Shown here piece by piece: positions 9,481 through 20,300 of a stretch of DNA of 64,000 bases; the stretch's first letter is position 1; every line of letters begins with the position of its first letter. The DNA is taken from NCBI GenBank assembly GCA_045612715.1, contig JAZKZP010000011.1, positions 2,745-66,744 on the forward strand, read 5' to 3'. A program made the position numbers and the translations under genes. This DNA comes from Eubacteriales bacterium. Its GTDB lineage: Bacteria > Bacillota > Clostridia > Oscillospirales > CAG-272. The notes under the pieces were generated by a model. The model did no database searches. It saw only the letters and a list, made by a program, of their open reading frames with translations, and was not told the origin of the DNA.

Positions 9481-10101
9481 TTAGTTATCCTTTCGGTTAT
9501 ATATTTGAGTTTTGTCTTTCATTGAATAGTAATTAATAAACGATTTAATAAGAACCTTAATTGTGTTGAACACCGATACATATAGTAGAATATTAAGCTT
9601 TATATCCGTTTTTTCAGAGAGAAAATCGGGTTCAACCAATGTGGATGATTCTTTTAAGGGTTTAAGCTTTGTTATGTCATCAATCAAATCGAGAATACAA
9701 GCTACTACAGTTGAAACTGCACCATATAGAATTGCAGTTTGCGCTGCATCGGGGGTAGCAACCTTGATGTGTATTTTTGTGACTTTAACAGTGATGTTTC
9801 TGTGAAAAGATTTAAAAATTATCGATAAAATGTCGCGCACTGAATTCAATTTATCAAGTGTAGAGGGGGAAGTAGGCGCTGCTTTTTTTATATCAGAAAT
9901 CACAGCTGTTGAAGAAGTTTTTTTTCTGTGTGTAAGTTTTCCAATATCAAATTTTTTATTTGTATCGGGAATAAGTTTAATCTTAATAAATAAGATTTTT
10001 AGATACACTAAAAGCTCGTCCTCATAAATTATGTGAAGTTTGATTTTTAAAGAGAGAACAAGGCAAATAAGCAGAACTATTCCAAGTATAATGTATAGCA
10101 C
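9481..10101 (-). CDS. DUF2953-type (YtfI-like) protein
   Basis: N-terminal TM, DAAQTAILYG motif, directly upstream of ytfJ. Confidence 0.8.
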   Translation of the reverse strand: MLYIILGIVLLICLVLSLKIKLHIIYEDELLVYLKILFIKIKLIPDTNKKFDIGKLTHRKKTSSTAVISDIKKAAPTSPSTLDKLNSVRDILSIIFKSFHRNITVKVTKIHIKVATPDAAQTAILYGAVSTVVACILDLIDDITKLKPLKESSTLVEPDFLSEKTDIKLNILLYVSVFNTIKVLIKSFINYYSMKDKTQIYNRKDN

Positions 10102-10141
10102 AATTATAAGTCCTCACTCCCTTCAAAAATATAAACCAATA

Positions 10142-10741
10142 TTATTCTTCTTCAATCAATTCTTCACCGGGAGCCATAATTTCCATTTGCTCCTCGCTTG
10201 CGCGTAAAATTTCTATTTCGGGCAACTCATTTATTGATGAAATACCGAATACACGAAGGAACTTGTCCGTTGTTCCATAGAGCATAGGTCTGCCTGGAGC
10301 GTCAAGACGTCCGCAAGCTTCGATAAGTCCCTTGTCAATCAAACTGTTCATAGCATAGTTGGAATCTACTCCACGCACAAGATCAACAAAGCTTCTTGTA
10401 ACGGGTTGATTATAAGCAACGATAGCCAAAACCTCCATTGAGGAGTTTGAAAGATTTCCGCCGCGTTTGATACCAAGTGCCTCTTTGATAAGTGGCAAAT
10501 GAGCTTCTTTAGTGCAGAATTGACAAGTTTCAGGGAACATCAAAATCATTATTCCGTGGTCGTCATTATTGTATTTTTCAGATAGCTCGCTAACATATCT
10601 TTTTACTTCGCTTGGAGTTAATCCAAGAACTTCAGCAAGCTTATCGTATTTCATAGGATAACCTGCAGCAAACATTATTGCTTCAATAACGGCTGCGGGA
10701 TTTTTTATTTCTTTAGTTTCAATATCCTTGATTTCTTCCAT
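10142..10741 (-). CDS. scpB: SMC-Scp complex subunit ScpB
   Basis: IEAIMF, EVLAIVAYNQPVTR, RGVDS, PGRPMLYGTT..FL..FG. Confidence 0.96.
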   Translation of the reverse strand: MEEIKDIETKEIKNPAAVIEAIMFAAGYPMKYDKLAEVLGLTPSEVKRYVSELSEKYNNDDHGIMILMFPETCQFCTKEAHLPLIKEALGIKRGGNLSNSSMEVLAIVAYNQPVTRSFVDLVRGVDSNYAMNSLIDKGLIEACGRLDAPGRPMLYGTTDKFLRVFGISSINELPEIEILRASEEQMEIMAPGEELIEEE

Positions 10742-11520
10742 TATGTATTTTCCTCGCTCTCTGTGTTTTCTTCTTCGGGAACGTAGTTTTCATTCAATGT
10801 AAATACAGTTGTAAGACCGTAGTTATCATTAGTTATATCCTCGTCATCTTCAACGAGCAATATTCTCTTTGTCTTAACCAATTCAAGAACACCGATAAAT
10901 ATTGCTATCATATCAGGAAGAGAAACGCTGTCGCTGACAAAATCCTCAAGCGTTTGATAACGATTTGAGGTAAGACGAGTCATAATCTGCAATATCTTAT
11001 GTTCAACAGGAACAATTGGTTTTGCAATCATAGGAGTAAAAGCAGTTTTCTGCGCTTTGTCCATAGCATCGTTAAAGTCAGCAATTTTACGCATAGCAAG
11101 ATATAGTTTCTCAACATCCTGATCTGCAACGAAGGTACGGTCAACGCTTATTTCATCCGTATCCTTAATTTGACGGCCTGAGAAAAGAGCATAAAGCGGA
11201 TGCATTTTAGATGCCGCTTCCTTTGCTTGTTGGTAACGCAAAAGTGCATCGGTAAGAGTTTTACGTGGATCTTCCTCGTCTTCTTTTTCACGAGGAAGAA
11301 GGAGTTTACTCTTAATAAGCATAAGATCACTCGCCATAACGATAAACTCTGAAGCAATTTCCATATCCATCTCTTGTGCCTCGGTAATATATTGCATATA
11401 TTGGTCACAGATAAGCGCAATCGGAATATCCTCAATATTAACTTTATTTTTGTGAATTAGAGTCAACAGTAGGTCAAGAGGACCTTCAAATTGATCAAGA
11501 CGGTAAGTAATGCTTTCCAT
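10741..11520 (-). CDS. scpA: Segregation and condensation protein ScpA (kleisin)
   Basis: FEGPLDLLL, SEFIVMA..LMLIKSKLLLP, FIGVLEL. ATG at 11520 after AGGAG. Confidence 0.96.
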   Translation of the reverse strand: MESITYRLDQFEGPLDLLLTLIHKNKVNIEDIPIALICDQYMQYITEAQEMDMEIASEFIVMASDLMLIKSKLLLPREKEDEEDPRKTLTDALLRYQQAKEAASKMHPLYALFSGRQIKDTDEISVDRTFVADQDVEKLYLAMRKIADFNDAMDKAQKTAFTPMIAKPIVPVEHKILQIMTRLTSNRYQTLEDFVSDSVSLPDMIAIFIGVLELVKTKRILLVEDDEDITNDNYGLTTVFTLNENYVPEEENTESEENT

Positions 11521-11541
11521 TTGCAAAGCTCCTGATTAAAA

Positions 11542-12309
11542 TTATAAACTAAATGTGGGCAATCTGTTTAAAATATCACTTAAAACAACGGTTAAAAGAT
11601 CTTCGGGCATCCCCGTGATACTATAAAAGATATCGGTTAGTCCACCTGTCAAAAAGCCAAGGGGAAGGCTTACTATTCCTGTTGCCAAAAGCACTATGAA
11701 TCCGATCATAATATACTGTTCATACTGCATTATCTTGAAATAAAGATTTGTCGGCAAAAAGATATATGCAATTCTTGAGCCATCGAGAGGGGGCAGGGGA
11801 ATAAGGTTAAAGAACATAAGGTTAAGATTGAGCGATATGCCAAGATAAAGCATCACCGCAAGTAATGAGAGTATTAGAAACGCGGTATTACTGTGAAGTG
11901 ATTCATCAATCCAATATCTATTTCCGTATGTCAAATAAAGACCTTCTGAAATTGAACCTATTGGTATAAGCACAAGACGTAAAAGGATTGTAAATATAAT
12001 AGCAAGGCAGAGGTTTGAAAGAGGACCAGCTGCTGCACTTATAGCCATACCTTTACGAGGATTTTTGAAGTTTCTTGTGTTAATAGGCACGGGATTAGCC
12101 CAACCAACACGGAAAAACAGCATCGCAATAAATCCAAATGGATTTATGTGCTTAAGAGGATTGAGAGTTAATCTTCCCATATTTCGCGCTGTTGGATCTC
12201 CGAGTTTATAAGCCGCATATCCATGAGATGCCTCATGTACTGAAAGTGAGAGCAAAATAGCGGGTAATCCAAGTATCATTATTGGAAGATCATTAAAAAA
12301 ATCGAACAT
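11542..12309 (-). CDS. Site-2 protease (peptidase M50)
   Basis: HEASH, GDPT..GRLTLNP, AGP.SN, FNLIPLPPLDG. Confidence 0.93.
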   Translation of the reverse strand: MFDFFNDLPIMILGLPAILLSLSVHEASHGYAAYKLGDPTARNMGRLTLNPLKHINPFGFIAMLFFRVGWANPVPINTRNFKNPRKGMAISAAAGPLSNLCLAIIFTILLRLVLIPIGSISEGLYLTYGNRYWIDESLHSNTAFLILSLLAVMLYLGISLNLNLMFFNLIPLPPLDGSRIAYIFLPTNLYFKIMQYEQYIMIGFIVLLATGIVSLPLGFLTGGLTDIFYSITGMPEDLLTVVLSDILNRLPTFSL

Positions 12310-12322
12310 AACAAACTCCTAA

Positions 12323-12925
12323 TTAAAGATTTGTGTACTTAAAAATTTCTTTTAAAAGCTCCATTTTACCTTCGCCAGTATGAGAAGAGAAAGGAATTAT
12401 TGTTGTACCTTCTGCAAGGACTTCATCATTAGCAATTATTTCAAGTTGCTTGTTTCTGTCGGTTTTGTTGAGCTTATCAACTTTGGTTGCAACGATAATA
12501 TAGGGAATTTCCATTTGATTAAGGAAATCAATCATCATTGCATCATCGTTGGTAATACCAACCTTACAGTCAACGAGCTGGACAACGAGTGAAAGAAGGT
12601 CAATGTTTTTGTTTTGTGTAAAGTAACCGTCAGTTAATGATGACCAAACCTGCTTATTTTCAAACTGACGTTTAGCATAACCGTAACCTGGAAGGTCAAC
12701 TAAGAACAATTTTTTATCAACGTCATAAAAGTTGATAGTGATTGTTTTACCTGGCATTGAAGACACTCTTGCGAGAGATTTTCTGCCAAGAATTGTATTT
12801 ATAAGTGAGCTTTTTCCAACGTTTGAACGTCCCGAAAAAGCAACTTGCTTCATAGGATCGGTAGGAAATTGCTTTGCAAATCCCGCACTAATGCGAAGTG
12901 AAGTGTTTTGAATATTAATAGCCAT
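12323..12925 (-). CDS. engB: Ribosome biogenesis GTPase YihA/YsxC
   Basis: GRSNVGKSS, PGKT, DLPGYGYA, TKVDK; follows lon. Confidence 0.96.
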   Translation of the reverse strand: MAINIQNTSLRISAGFAKQFPTDPMKQVAFSGRSNVGKSSLINTILGRKSLARVSSMPGKTITINFYDVDKKLFLVDLPGYGYAKRQFENKQVWSSLTDGYFTQNKNIDLLSLVVQLVDCKVGITNDDAMMIDFLNQMEIPYIIVATKVDKLNKTDRNKQLEIIANDEVLAEGTTIIPFSSHTGEGKMELLKEIFKYTNL

Positions 12926-12940
12926 AAAAATTCTACTTTC

Positions 12941-15346
12941 TTACTTTCTATAAATGGTTGCACTTGAAATAGCTGCATCATTTGAAATGTGTGGCAATGT
13001 TTCTTCCAAAACAGAAGAAATATCGCTTATAACAAGAGCATTTTTGAGCACATCGTCAAGTGTTTTGCAGGGAACAAACTGCAAGTTTTCTCTTGCGAGA
13101 GGATCAATATCATTAAGATCCTTTAAGTTGTCGTGAGGAATAAGAACTGTCTTAACTCCTGCATTATAAGCCGCCATTGTCTTTTCTTTAAGACCGCCAA
13201 TAGCAAGAACTTTGCCGCGCAAAGTTATTTCGCCCGTCATAGCAACGTCACGTCTTACAGGAATTCCTGTAAGTTCACTCACAAGTGCTGTTACCATTGT
13301 AACGCCTGCACTTGGACCATCCTTGGGAACTGCACCCTCGGGAGCGTGGATATGTATATCCTTTGTTTTGTAAAAATCACTTGCTATATCATATTTTTTG
13401 GCAATGGAACGAACATAACTAATAGCAATCTGCGCACTTTCTTTCATAACCTCGCCAAGTGAGCCTGTGAGCTCAATTTTGCCTGTGCCTTCAAGCGCAG
13501 AAACCTCAATTTTAAGCATATCGCCACCAAGCTCGGTATAAGCAAGACCATTTACTGTACCAATTTCGTTTGTTTCATCTATTTTTTCGGGGAGATATTT
13601 TCTCTCGCCAAGATATTTTGAAACATTAGAAGCATTGATTGTAACTGACTTAACACCGTCCGAAACTATTTCGTGTGCAGCCTTTCTGCAAAGGGAGGCG
13701 ATAGTTCTTTCAAGATTTCTTACACCTGCCTCACGAGTATAGAAATCAATAATTTCTTCAAGAGCTGTGTCAGTAATCTTAAGCATTCTCTTATTTAATC
13801 CGTGACGCTTCAGCTGTTTTGTGATAAGATGATTTTTTGCAATACTCATCTTTTCACGCTTGGTATAAATCTTTATTTCAATGATTTCCATTCTGTCTAT
13901 AAGAGGACGGGGAATGGTGTCAAGCGTGTTAGCAGTTGCAATAAAGAAGCAATTTGAAAGGTCAAAGGGAAGCTCAACAAAGTGATCTCTGAATGACTTG
14001 TTCTGCTCTCCGTCAAGTACCTCTAAAAGCGCACTTGTTGGGTCACCGTGAGCATCTCTTGTCAACTTGTCTATTTCATCAAGCAAAACAAGAGGATTGT
14101 TAACCTTTGCTTGAATAAGTGCATTTATGACACGACCGGGCATAGCTCCTACGTATGTTTTTCTGTGACCACGAATGTCTGCTTCATCTCTGACACCGCC
14201 AAGTGAAACGCGAACGTATTTGCGTTTCATGGCATTGGCAATAGATGATGCAATAGATGTCTTACCAACACCTGGAGGGCCAACAAGACAGATAATCTGA
14301 TTTTTAAGATCGGGATTAAGTTCCTTAACTGCAAGGAATTCAAGAATTCTTTTCTTAACATCTTCAAGACCATCGTGATCGCGTTCAAGAATTTTAGAAG
14401 CTGCAACTATATCTGTTCTATCCTTGGTTGAATTGTTCCACGGAATATCAAGTATAGTTTCAAAATAAGTTCTCATAACTGAAAGTTCAGCAGAGCCAAA
14501 GGGAAGACGAGCCATTCTTTCAGCATCCTTTAATAGCTTAGCTTCAATATCCTCGGGGAAATGCATTTCGGCAATTCGGTCGAAATATTCATCAACCTCA
14601 CCTGTTTCTCCAAGCTCGTCTTTAATAACACGGAGCTGTTCGCGAAGATAATATTCTTTTTGGTTTTTATTAAGACGTGCTCTAACTTCCTTGTGTATAG
14701 CGCTCTCGCATTCAAGAAGTGTTGTTTCTTCTTCAAGAATAACAATAAGTTTTTCAAGACGCTTGATAGGTTCAAAACAAGAGAGAATTTCTTGTTTGTC
14801 GGTGTGTCTCACAAGAATGTTTGAAGCAATAAAGTCGGCAAGCGCACCAGGATTTTTGATTGTTTTAATAGTTGAGATAACTTCTTTTGAAGAAGCAGGT
14901 AAAAACCCGGACATTTTTTCAACGGCTGTGAGAGCTTCTCTTGTGAGTGCTTCAACCTGGATTTGATCGGGATCTTCAAGTGTAAGTGTTTTGCAAATGA
15001 CTTCAGCAACTCTATAATTTGCAAAATTTCTGTATTCTTCAACTACACCTCTTGAAAAGCCTTCAGCAATAACGCGGAGCTTGCCTTCGGGAGTTTTTAT
15101 TGATTGCTTAATTTTTGCAACAGTTCCGATATTAAAAATCTTATCAAACTCAATTGGATCGTTAGAAATATGTTTCTTAGAAACTAAAAATATAAAAGAA
15201 TTAACACTATTCGCCGCCTCGATTGCTGCAATATTAGCTTTGTCAGAAAGCTCGAAATTGACGGTGATAGCAGGGAATGCCACAGTTCCATTTAGCACAA
15301 CGAGTGGCAAAGTTAGTTTTTCAAGTTTTTCTATATAATGAGCCAT
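12941..15346 (-). CDS. lon: ATP-dependent protease La
   Basis: GPPGVGKTS, GHRKTYVGAMPG, PKDGPSAG catalytic Ser. ATG at 15346 after GGAGG. Confidence 0.97.
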   Translation of the reverse strand: MAHYIEKLEKLTLPLVVLNGTVAFPAITVNFELSDKANIAAIEAANSVNSFIFLVSKKHISNDPIEFDKIFNIGTVAKIKQSIKTPEGKLRVIAEGFSRGVVEEYRNFANYRVAEVICKTLTLEDPDQIQVEALTREALTAVEKMSGFLPASSKEVISTIKTIKNPGALADFIASNILVRHTDKQEILSCFEPIKRLEKLIVILEEETTLLECESAIHKEVRARLNKNQKEYYLREQLRVIKDELGETGEVDEYFDRIAEMHFPEDIEAKLLKDAERMARLPFGSAELSVMRTYFETILDIPWNNSTKDRTDIVAASKILERDHDGLEDVKKRILEFLAVKELNPDLKNQIICLVGPPGVGKTSIASSIANAMKRKYVRVSLGGVRDEADIRGHRKTYVGAMPGRVINALIQAKVNNPLVLLDEIDKLTRDAHGDPTSALLEVLDGEQNKSFRDHFVELPFDLSNCFFIATANTLDTIPRPLIDRMEIIEIKIYTKREKMSIAKNHLITKQLKRHGLNKRMLKITDTALEEIIDFYTREAGVRNLERTIASLCRKAAHEIVSDGVKSVTINASNVSKYLGERKYLPEKIDETNEIGTVNGLAYTELGGDMLKIEVSALEGTGKIELTGSLGEVMKESAQIAISYVRSIAKKYDIASDFYKTKDIHIHAPEGAVPKDGPSAGVTMVTALVSELTGIPVRRDVAMTGEITLRGKVLAIGGLKEKTMAAYNAGVKTVLIPHDNLKDLNDIDPLARENLQFVPCKTLDDVLKNALVISDISSVLEETLPHISNDAAISSATIYRK

Positions 15347-15594
15347 AAAGCCCTCCTGTATTAATAGCATATATATAAAAAGGGTATAATTAACCTAATT
15401 ATAGTCATTATATCATAAAATCAAGAAAATTTCCACCCTTTTTTAAAAAATATTCCATCAAATTTAATTGATAATATATATTTGTATAATATATACAAAA
15501 TAATATTAAATTTACAAAAATACTTGATTTATCTAATAAAATGTGGTATCTTTATTATGAAGAAATTTTTGTTTTAATAAAAGGAGATTTTATT

Positions 15595-16425
15595 ATGGAA
15601 GTTAGAGACGCTGCTAATGCTAAGGACGTCAAGTATTATACAACTGATCGACTTAGAGAAGAATTTCACATTTCAGGCCTTTTTACAAAAGACAACGTAA
15701 AAATGGTTTATAGCCATATCGATAGAATTATTGTTCTTGGTATCTATCCTGTTGATAATGAGCTTTCACTTGAAGCTGGCAAAGAGCTCGCCGCTGATTA
15801 TTTCCTTCAGCGCAGAGAGCTTGGTTGTATCAATATCGGTGGTAAGGGTGAAATTGTTATTGACGGTGAAGTTTATGAAATGAATCCCCGTGATGGTATT
15901 TATGTTGGACGTGGTCATAAGGACATCGTTTTCCGTTCAGTTGACCCTGCTTGTCCAGCAAAATTCTATGCAACAAGCTGCCCTGCACATACAGAATATC
16001 CTATTAGAAAGATTGATATTACAAAGGCAAGAAAAGTGCCCTGTGGTTCACTTGAAGATTGCAATAAGCGTGTTATCAACCAGTATATTCACCCCGAGGT
16101 AATGCAGTCTTGTCAGCTTTCAATGGGACTTACACAGCTTGAAGTTGGTTCTAACTGGAACACAATGCCCTCACATACACACGCAAGAAGAATGGAAGTT
16201 TATTTCTATCTCGATATGGAAGAAAACGATGCAGTATTCCATATGATGGGCGAGCCTAATGAAACACGTCATATTATTATGCACAATGAGGAAGCGGTTA
16301 TTTCTCCCTCTTGGTCAATACATAGTGGTGTTGGAACAAAGAACTATTCTTTTATTTGGGCAATGTGTGGCGAAAATCAGGAATTTACTGATATGGACCA
16401 TATTCTTACAAAGGATCTTAGATAA
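15595..16425 (+). CDS. kduI: 5-dehydro-4-deoxy-D-glucuronate isomerase
   Basis: YSHIDR, RRELG..NIGG, WNTMP.HTH.RRMEVY, SPSWSIHSG. Confidence 0.96.
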   Translation: MEVRDAANAKDVKYYTTDRLREEFHISGLFTKDNVKMVYSHIDRIIVLGIYPVDNELSLEAGKELAADYFLQRRELGCINIGGKGEIVIDGEVYEMNPRDGIYVGRGHKDIVFRSVDPACPAKFYATSCPAHTEYPIRKIDITKARKVPCGSLEDCNKRVINQYIHPEVMQSCQLSMGLTQLEVGSNWNTMPSHTHARRMEVYFYLDMEENDAVFHMMGEPNETRHIIMHNEEAVISPSWSIHSGVGTKNYSFIWAMCGENQEFTDMDHILTKDLR

Positions 16426-16440
16426 AAAGGAGAAGAGAAG

Positions 16441-17244
16441 ATGAGTATTCAGAATTTTTCACTCGAGGGAAAGGTTGCCCTTATTACAGGTGCTTCTTAT
16501 GGTATTGGTTATGCAATAGCTAAAGGACTCCACGCTGCTGGTGCAAAAATCGTTTTCAATGATATCAAACAAGAATTCGTTGATCGCGGACTTGCTGCAT
16601 ACGCAGCTGACGGCATTGATGCAAAAGGTTACGTTTGTGACGTTACCGATGAAGATGCAGTTAATGCAATGGTAGCGAAGATCGAAAATGAAGTTGGTGT
16701 TATTGATATCCTCGTAAATAACGCAGGAATTATTAAGAGAATTCCTATGATTGAGATGAAGGCAAGTGAGTTCCGTCAGGTAATCGACGTTGACCTTAAC
16801 GCGCCATTCATCGTTTCAAAGGCAGTTCTTCCTTCAATGATTAAGCAGAGAAGTGGTAAGATTATTAATATCTGTTCTATGATGAGTGAATTTGGTCGTG
16901 AAACAGTTTCTGCTTACGCATCTGCTAAGGGTGGTCTTAAGATGCTTACAAGAAATATCGCATCCGAATACGGTCAGTATAATATTCAGTGTAATGGTAT
17001 TGGTCCTGGATATATTGCAACTCCCCAGACAGCTCCTCTTCGCGAGCCACAGGCGGATGGAAGCAAGCATCCTTTTGATAGCTTTATCACAGATACAAAG
17101 ACACCAGCAGGACGCTGGGGAGATCCCGAGGATCTTGCAGGACCTGCTGTATTCCTCGCTTCTAGCGCATCCGATTTCGTAAATGGACAGATCCTTTATG
17201 TTGACGGTGGTATTCAAGCTTACTTTGGCAAACAGCCATCTTGA
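16441..17244 (+). CDS. kduD: 2-dehydro-3-deoxy-D-gluconate 5-dehydrogenase / gluconate 5-dehydrogenase (SDR)
   Basis: TGASYGIG, NNAG, YASAK; adjacent to kduI. Confidence 0.85.
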   Translation: MSIQNFSLEGKVALITGASYGIGYAIAKGLHAAGAKIVFNDIKQEFVDRGLAAYAADGIDAKGYVCDVTDEDAVNAMVAKIENEVGVIDILVNNAGIIKRIPMIEMKASEFRQVIDVDLNAPFIVSKAVLPSMIKQRSGKIINICSMMSEFGRETVSAYASAKGGLKMLTRNIASEYGQYNIQCNGIGPGYIATPQTAPLREPQADGSKHPFDSFITDTKTPAGRWGDPEDLAGPAVFLASSASDFVNGQILYVDGGIQAYFGKQPS

Positions 17245-17255
17245 TTATTAAATTT

Positions 17256-17323
17256 AAGGACACTTCAAATGAAGTGTCCTTTTTAATATAAAACATCCCC
17301 CGAATATTCGGGGGATGAAGTTT
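17256..17323. terminator. Two back-to-back terminator hairpins for convergent kduD and PL9
   Basis: AAGGACACTTC-aaat-GAAGTGTCCTT(T5) and CATCCCCCGAA-ta-TTCGGGGGATG. Confidence 0.75.
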
Positions 17324-17330
17324 TAATAAA

Positions 17331-20300
17331 TTATAAACCGAAAAGCATCTTAAAGAAGCTAATGATTGCATTCCAAATCATTTGGAAGAATCCAAGAATA
17401 CCACTTGGAGTTTCAACAGGTTGATTATCTCTAAGAGCGGGAATTTCGATTGTAGGTTCTTTAAATCCACAAACCTTACATTCATTGTGTTTATATCCAG
17501 GTTTAGTTTCTGTGGGTTCAAGATCAGTAACATATTCAAAATCGTGGAATTCGATGTCGCTCTTGTTTCCGCATTCACATTCGTGCCAGTGTACAAACAT
17601 ATCGGTAACCGTCCATGATTCTGCAAATGTACATGTTTCATCAGAATCAAGCTCTATTCTATTAGAGGGAGTAGAGTCACCTGTTGTACCCATTCCTGCA
17701 GGCGCCTTGCTATTGAGTTCAAGGAAACCATTCATATTAATTGAACCGTCTTCATTTCTTGTGATTTCTGTAAATTCAGTGCTTACAAAAATATCGGTAG
17801 TCAAAGTGTCACCATTCTTGTTTGCGCAAGATGTTCCATTCCAATAGTAGTTATTAGGATTATCGTATTTATCAGTATCTTGGTTTCCAAGAGGCTTAAA
17901 CTGCTCTTTAACAAGTGCATCACCTGATAACTTATTATCTTTAATAGAAATGATACCTGTAGCTGAGAAGTCTGTGTTGTTAGCACTATTTGTATAGAAT
18001 GCTATGTTATGAGAACCATTGTTATAGCTAATGCAGTTAGTAACTGTGATATCGGGACAAGAGTTAGAATCAATACCTTTTGCTCTGTTGTTGAATGCGA
18101 TAGAGTTAATAATCTTGTGCTGACCGGGAAGGGAGTCACCGCCCATTTTAAATCCGTTACCATTGCCGGCAACTGTTCCATCTTCAAGGAAACCGTTTTC
18201 GTATGCCACACAGTTTTTGATAGTTACAGCACCGATTTCACCAGTTGCAATCTTAGCGAAAAGGTCCCAACCGTCATCGGCATTGTGGTGCGCTACACAA
18301 CCGTCGAATACGTTACCCTCACCGATTGTGAGCTTAGCTGCAAATCCGTCTGCATCTTCATAACCGGAGTCTGCGTTGCCGTAGGATGTACAGTTAAGAA
18401 TGAGGTTATTAGCAGGCCATTGATCGATTGTAAGGTCAACAACGTGATAACGGCTGATCTGAATACCTGTATTACCATTGTAGTATGCATTGATCTGATC
18501 AAGAACGTTATTGTTACCGGATACTTGGAAGCCCTTGCTTCCGTCAATTGTATTAGTAACGTCAAAACCATGGAAATACCACCAGTTACCACCGTGGGTG
18601 ATACCTGTTCCAAGGTGAACAAAGTCAAGAACGGGTCTTGTTTTTGCATCTGGATCGGCAATCATTCTAATTGGATTGTCTTCTGTACCATTAATACCTC
18701 TTTCAATTCTAAGGCCTGTTTCAAGCTTATATGTACCTTCCATAAGAATAATAGTTTGACCGGGTACTACAAGCTTAATAGCAGTATAGATATCATAAGG
18801 ATGCTCGGGAGTACCGTTACCATAGTACATACCTGTGGGGTATGGAGCTACATATATAGTTTTTCTATGATAATTGCCCTTGTAAAGAGTTATATCTACA
18901 TTGTGCCATACTGGAGTTGTTTTAGAAAGAGCAGTGTATGGGGGCAATTCTTGATCTGGATCGGGAGTAAATACTATTCTAAGCAAATTAGGCTCATTGT
19001 ATTTAGCGATACCGTTGAGATCTAAAATTGTGTTAAGTCGTTCATACGCAGCTACTTCAACACCTGAAAGAAGCTTTTTGTTGTTTACAAATACGTCAAC
19101 AGTACCTGCAACGTTAAAGTCAGCAACGAGATTATAGTCAGTTGTTGTTATTGAAGTTGATGATGTAACTGTTACTGTTGGTTCAATTTTTTCGATAGGT
19201 CTGGGTTCTGCAGGCTTATCGTCAGCTTCATTAATAGTTGTAAGTGAAATATCACTGAATGTAACACTTGCGTTACGAGAAGCGAACATACCAACGTAAA
19301 CATAATCCTTGTCAAATTGTTCAAGCGCATCGGGCTCATAGTTTTTGATAGTTCTTACAACGTTGCCGTTCTTGTCATAATATGTGATAAAATAACCGGT
19401 ATTATTTTTTTGAATTTCAAGAGTCATTTCAGTGATGAGATATTCATCAGCCAATGTTCCTTCAGGTGCTATTTCGTTCTGATATCCACCAATAATATTA
19501 TAAGTTCCGGCTTTTTTACCAAGCAAGCCTGCTTGGCATTCAAGAGTCTGTACTAAAGACTGAAGATAACCTGTTTGACCAACAATAAGGCCTTGTTCAC
19601 CTAAAGTTGTGCGATCAATGATAGATTGATTGATACCAATCTTAGAGATTGAACCAATACCAAGCTTCATGCTATATTTATCACCATTTACAGAATCAGT
19701 TGTATAAAGTCTATATTCGCCATCTTCAAGGTCTTCATAGCGGTATTCAATCTTTGTAGAAGTAGCCATATAAAGATTAGACCAGAAGTTTGCTGTAGTG
19801 TAGTCAGTGGATGGAACATGGTCCATAACCATAAGACCAAAGCCGTCCTGACCATTTGAGTACTTCCAATAGTTAACAGTAACTTTTGCTCGGAATGTAA
19901 AGTTTTGATCGGAGGGAATAGCGGTATAATAATATGCAAGACCGTCAGCACCCGTGGGCTGAAGTTTACCCTTACCATTGATTGATTTAACTGTTACAGA
20001 ACCATCTTTGTTTTCAGTAAATACATTATCACTTCTGTTGGTAGAGGGACCGTAAACAGTAAAATCCCAATCGCGTTTTTCTGCTCCAACTGTAACATTT
20101 ACAGAAGCACGTTCAGAAACCTCCTTACCACGAACAGCTTCAACCGCAATTTGTGCAAGCTTTCCAACCGAGAGACCTGAGATTACTATGTCACGGTTTT
20201 CAGTTGTTTCGTACAAATTACCACCAACATAAACGTTGTATTTTTCGGCTTCTCTTGTTGGGTTCCAAATAACCTTTACTTCACCGTTTCCAAGATTAGA

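Noticed and set aside
18009-19025. 338-aa plus-strand ORF, and similar long ORFs at 26210-26953, 35968-36570 and 16834-17217
   Set aside because: Antisense shadows of well-supported, codon-biased genes; no RBS or recognisable motifs.
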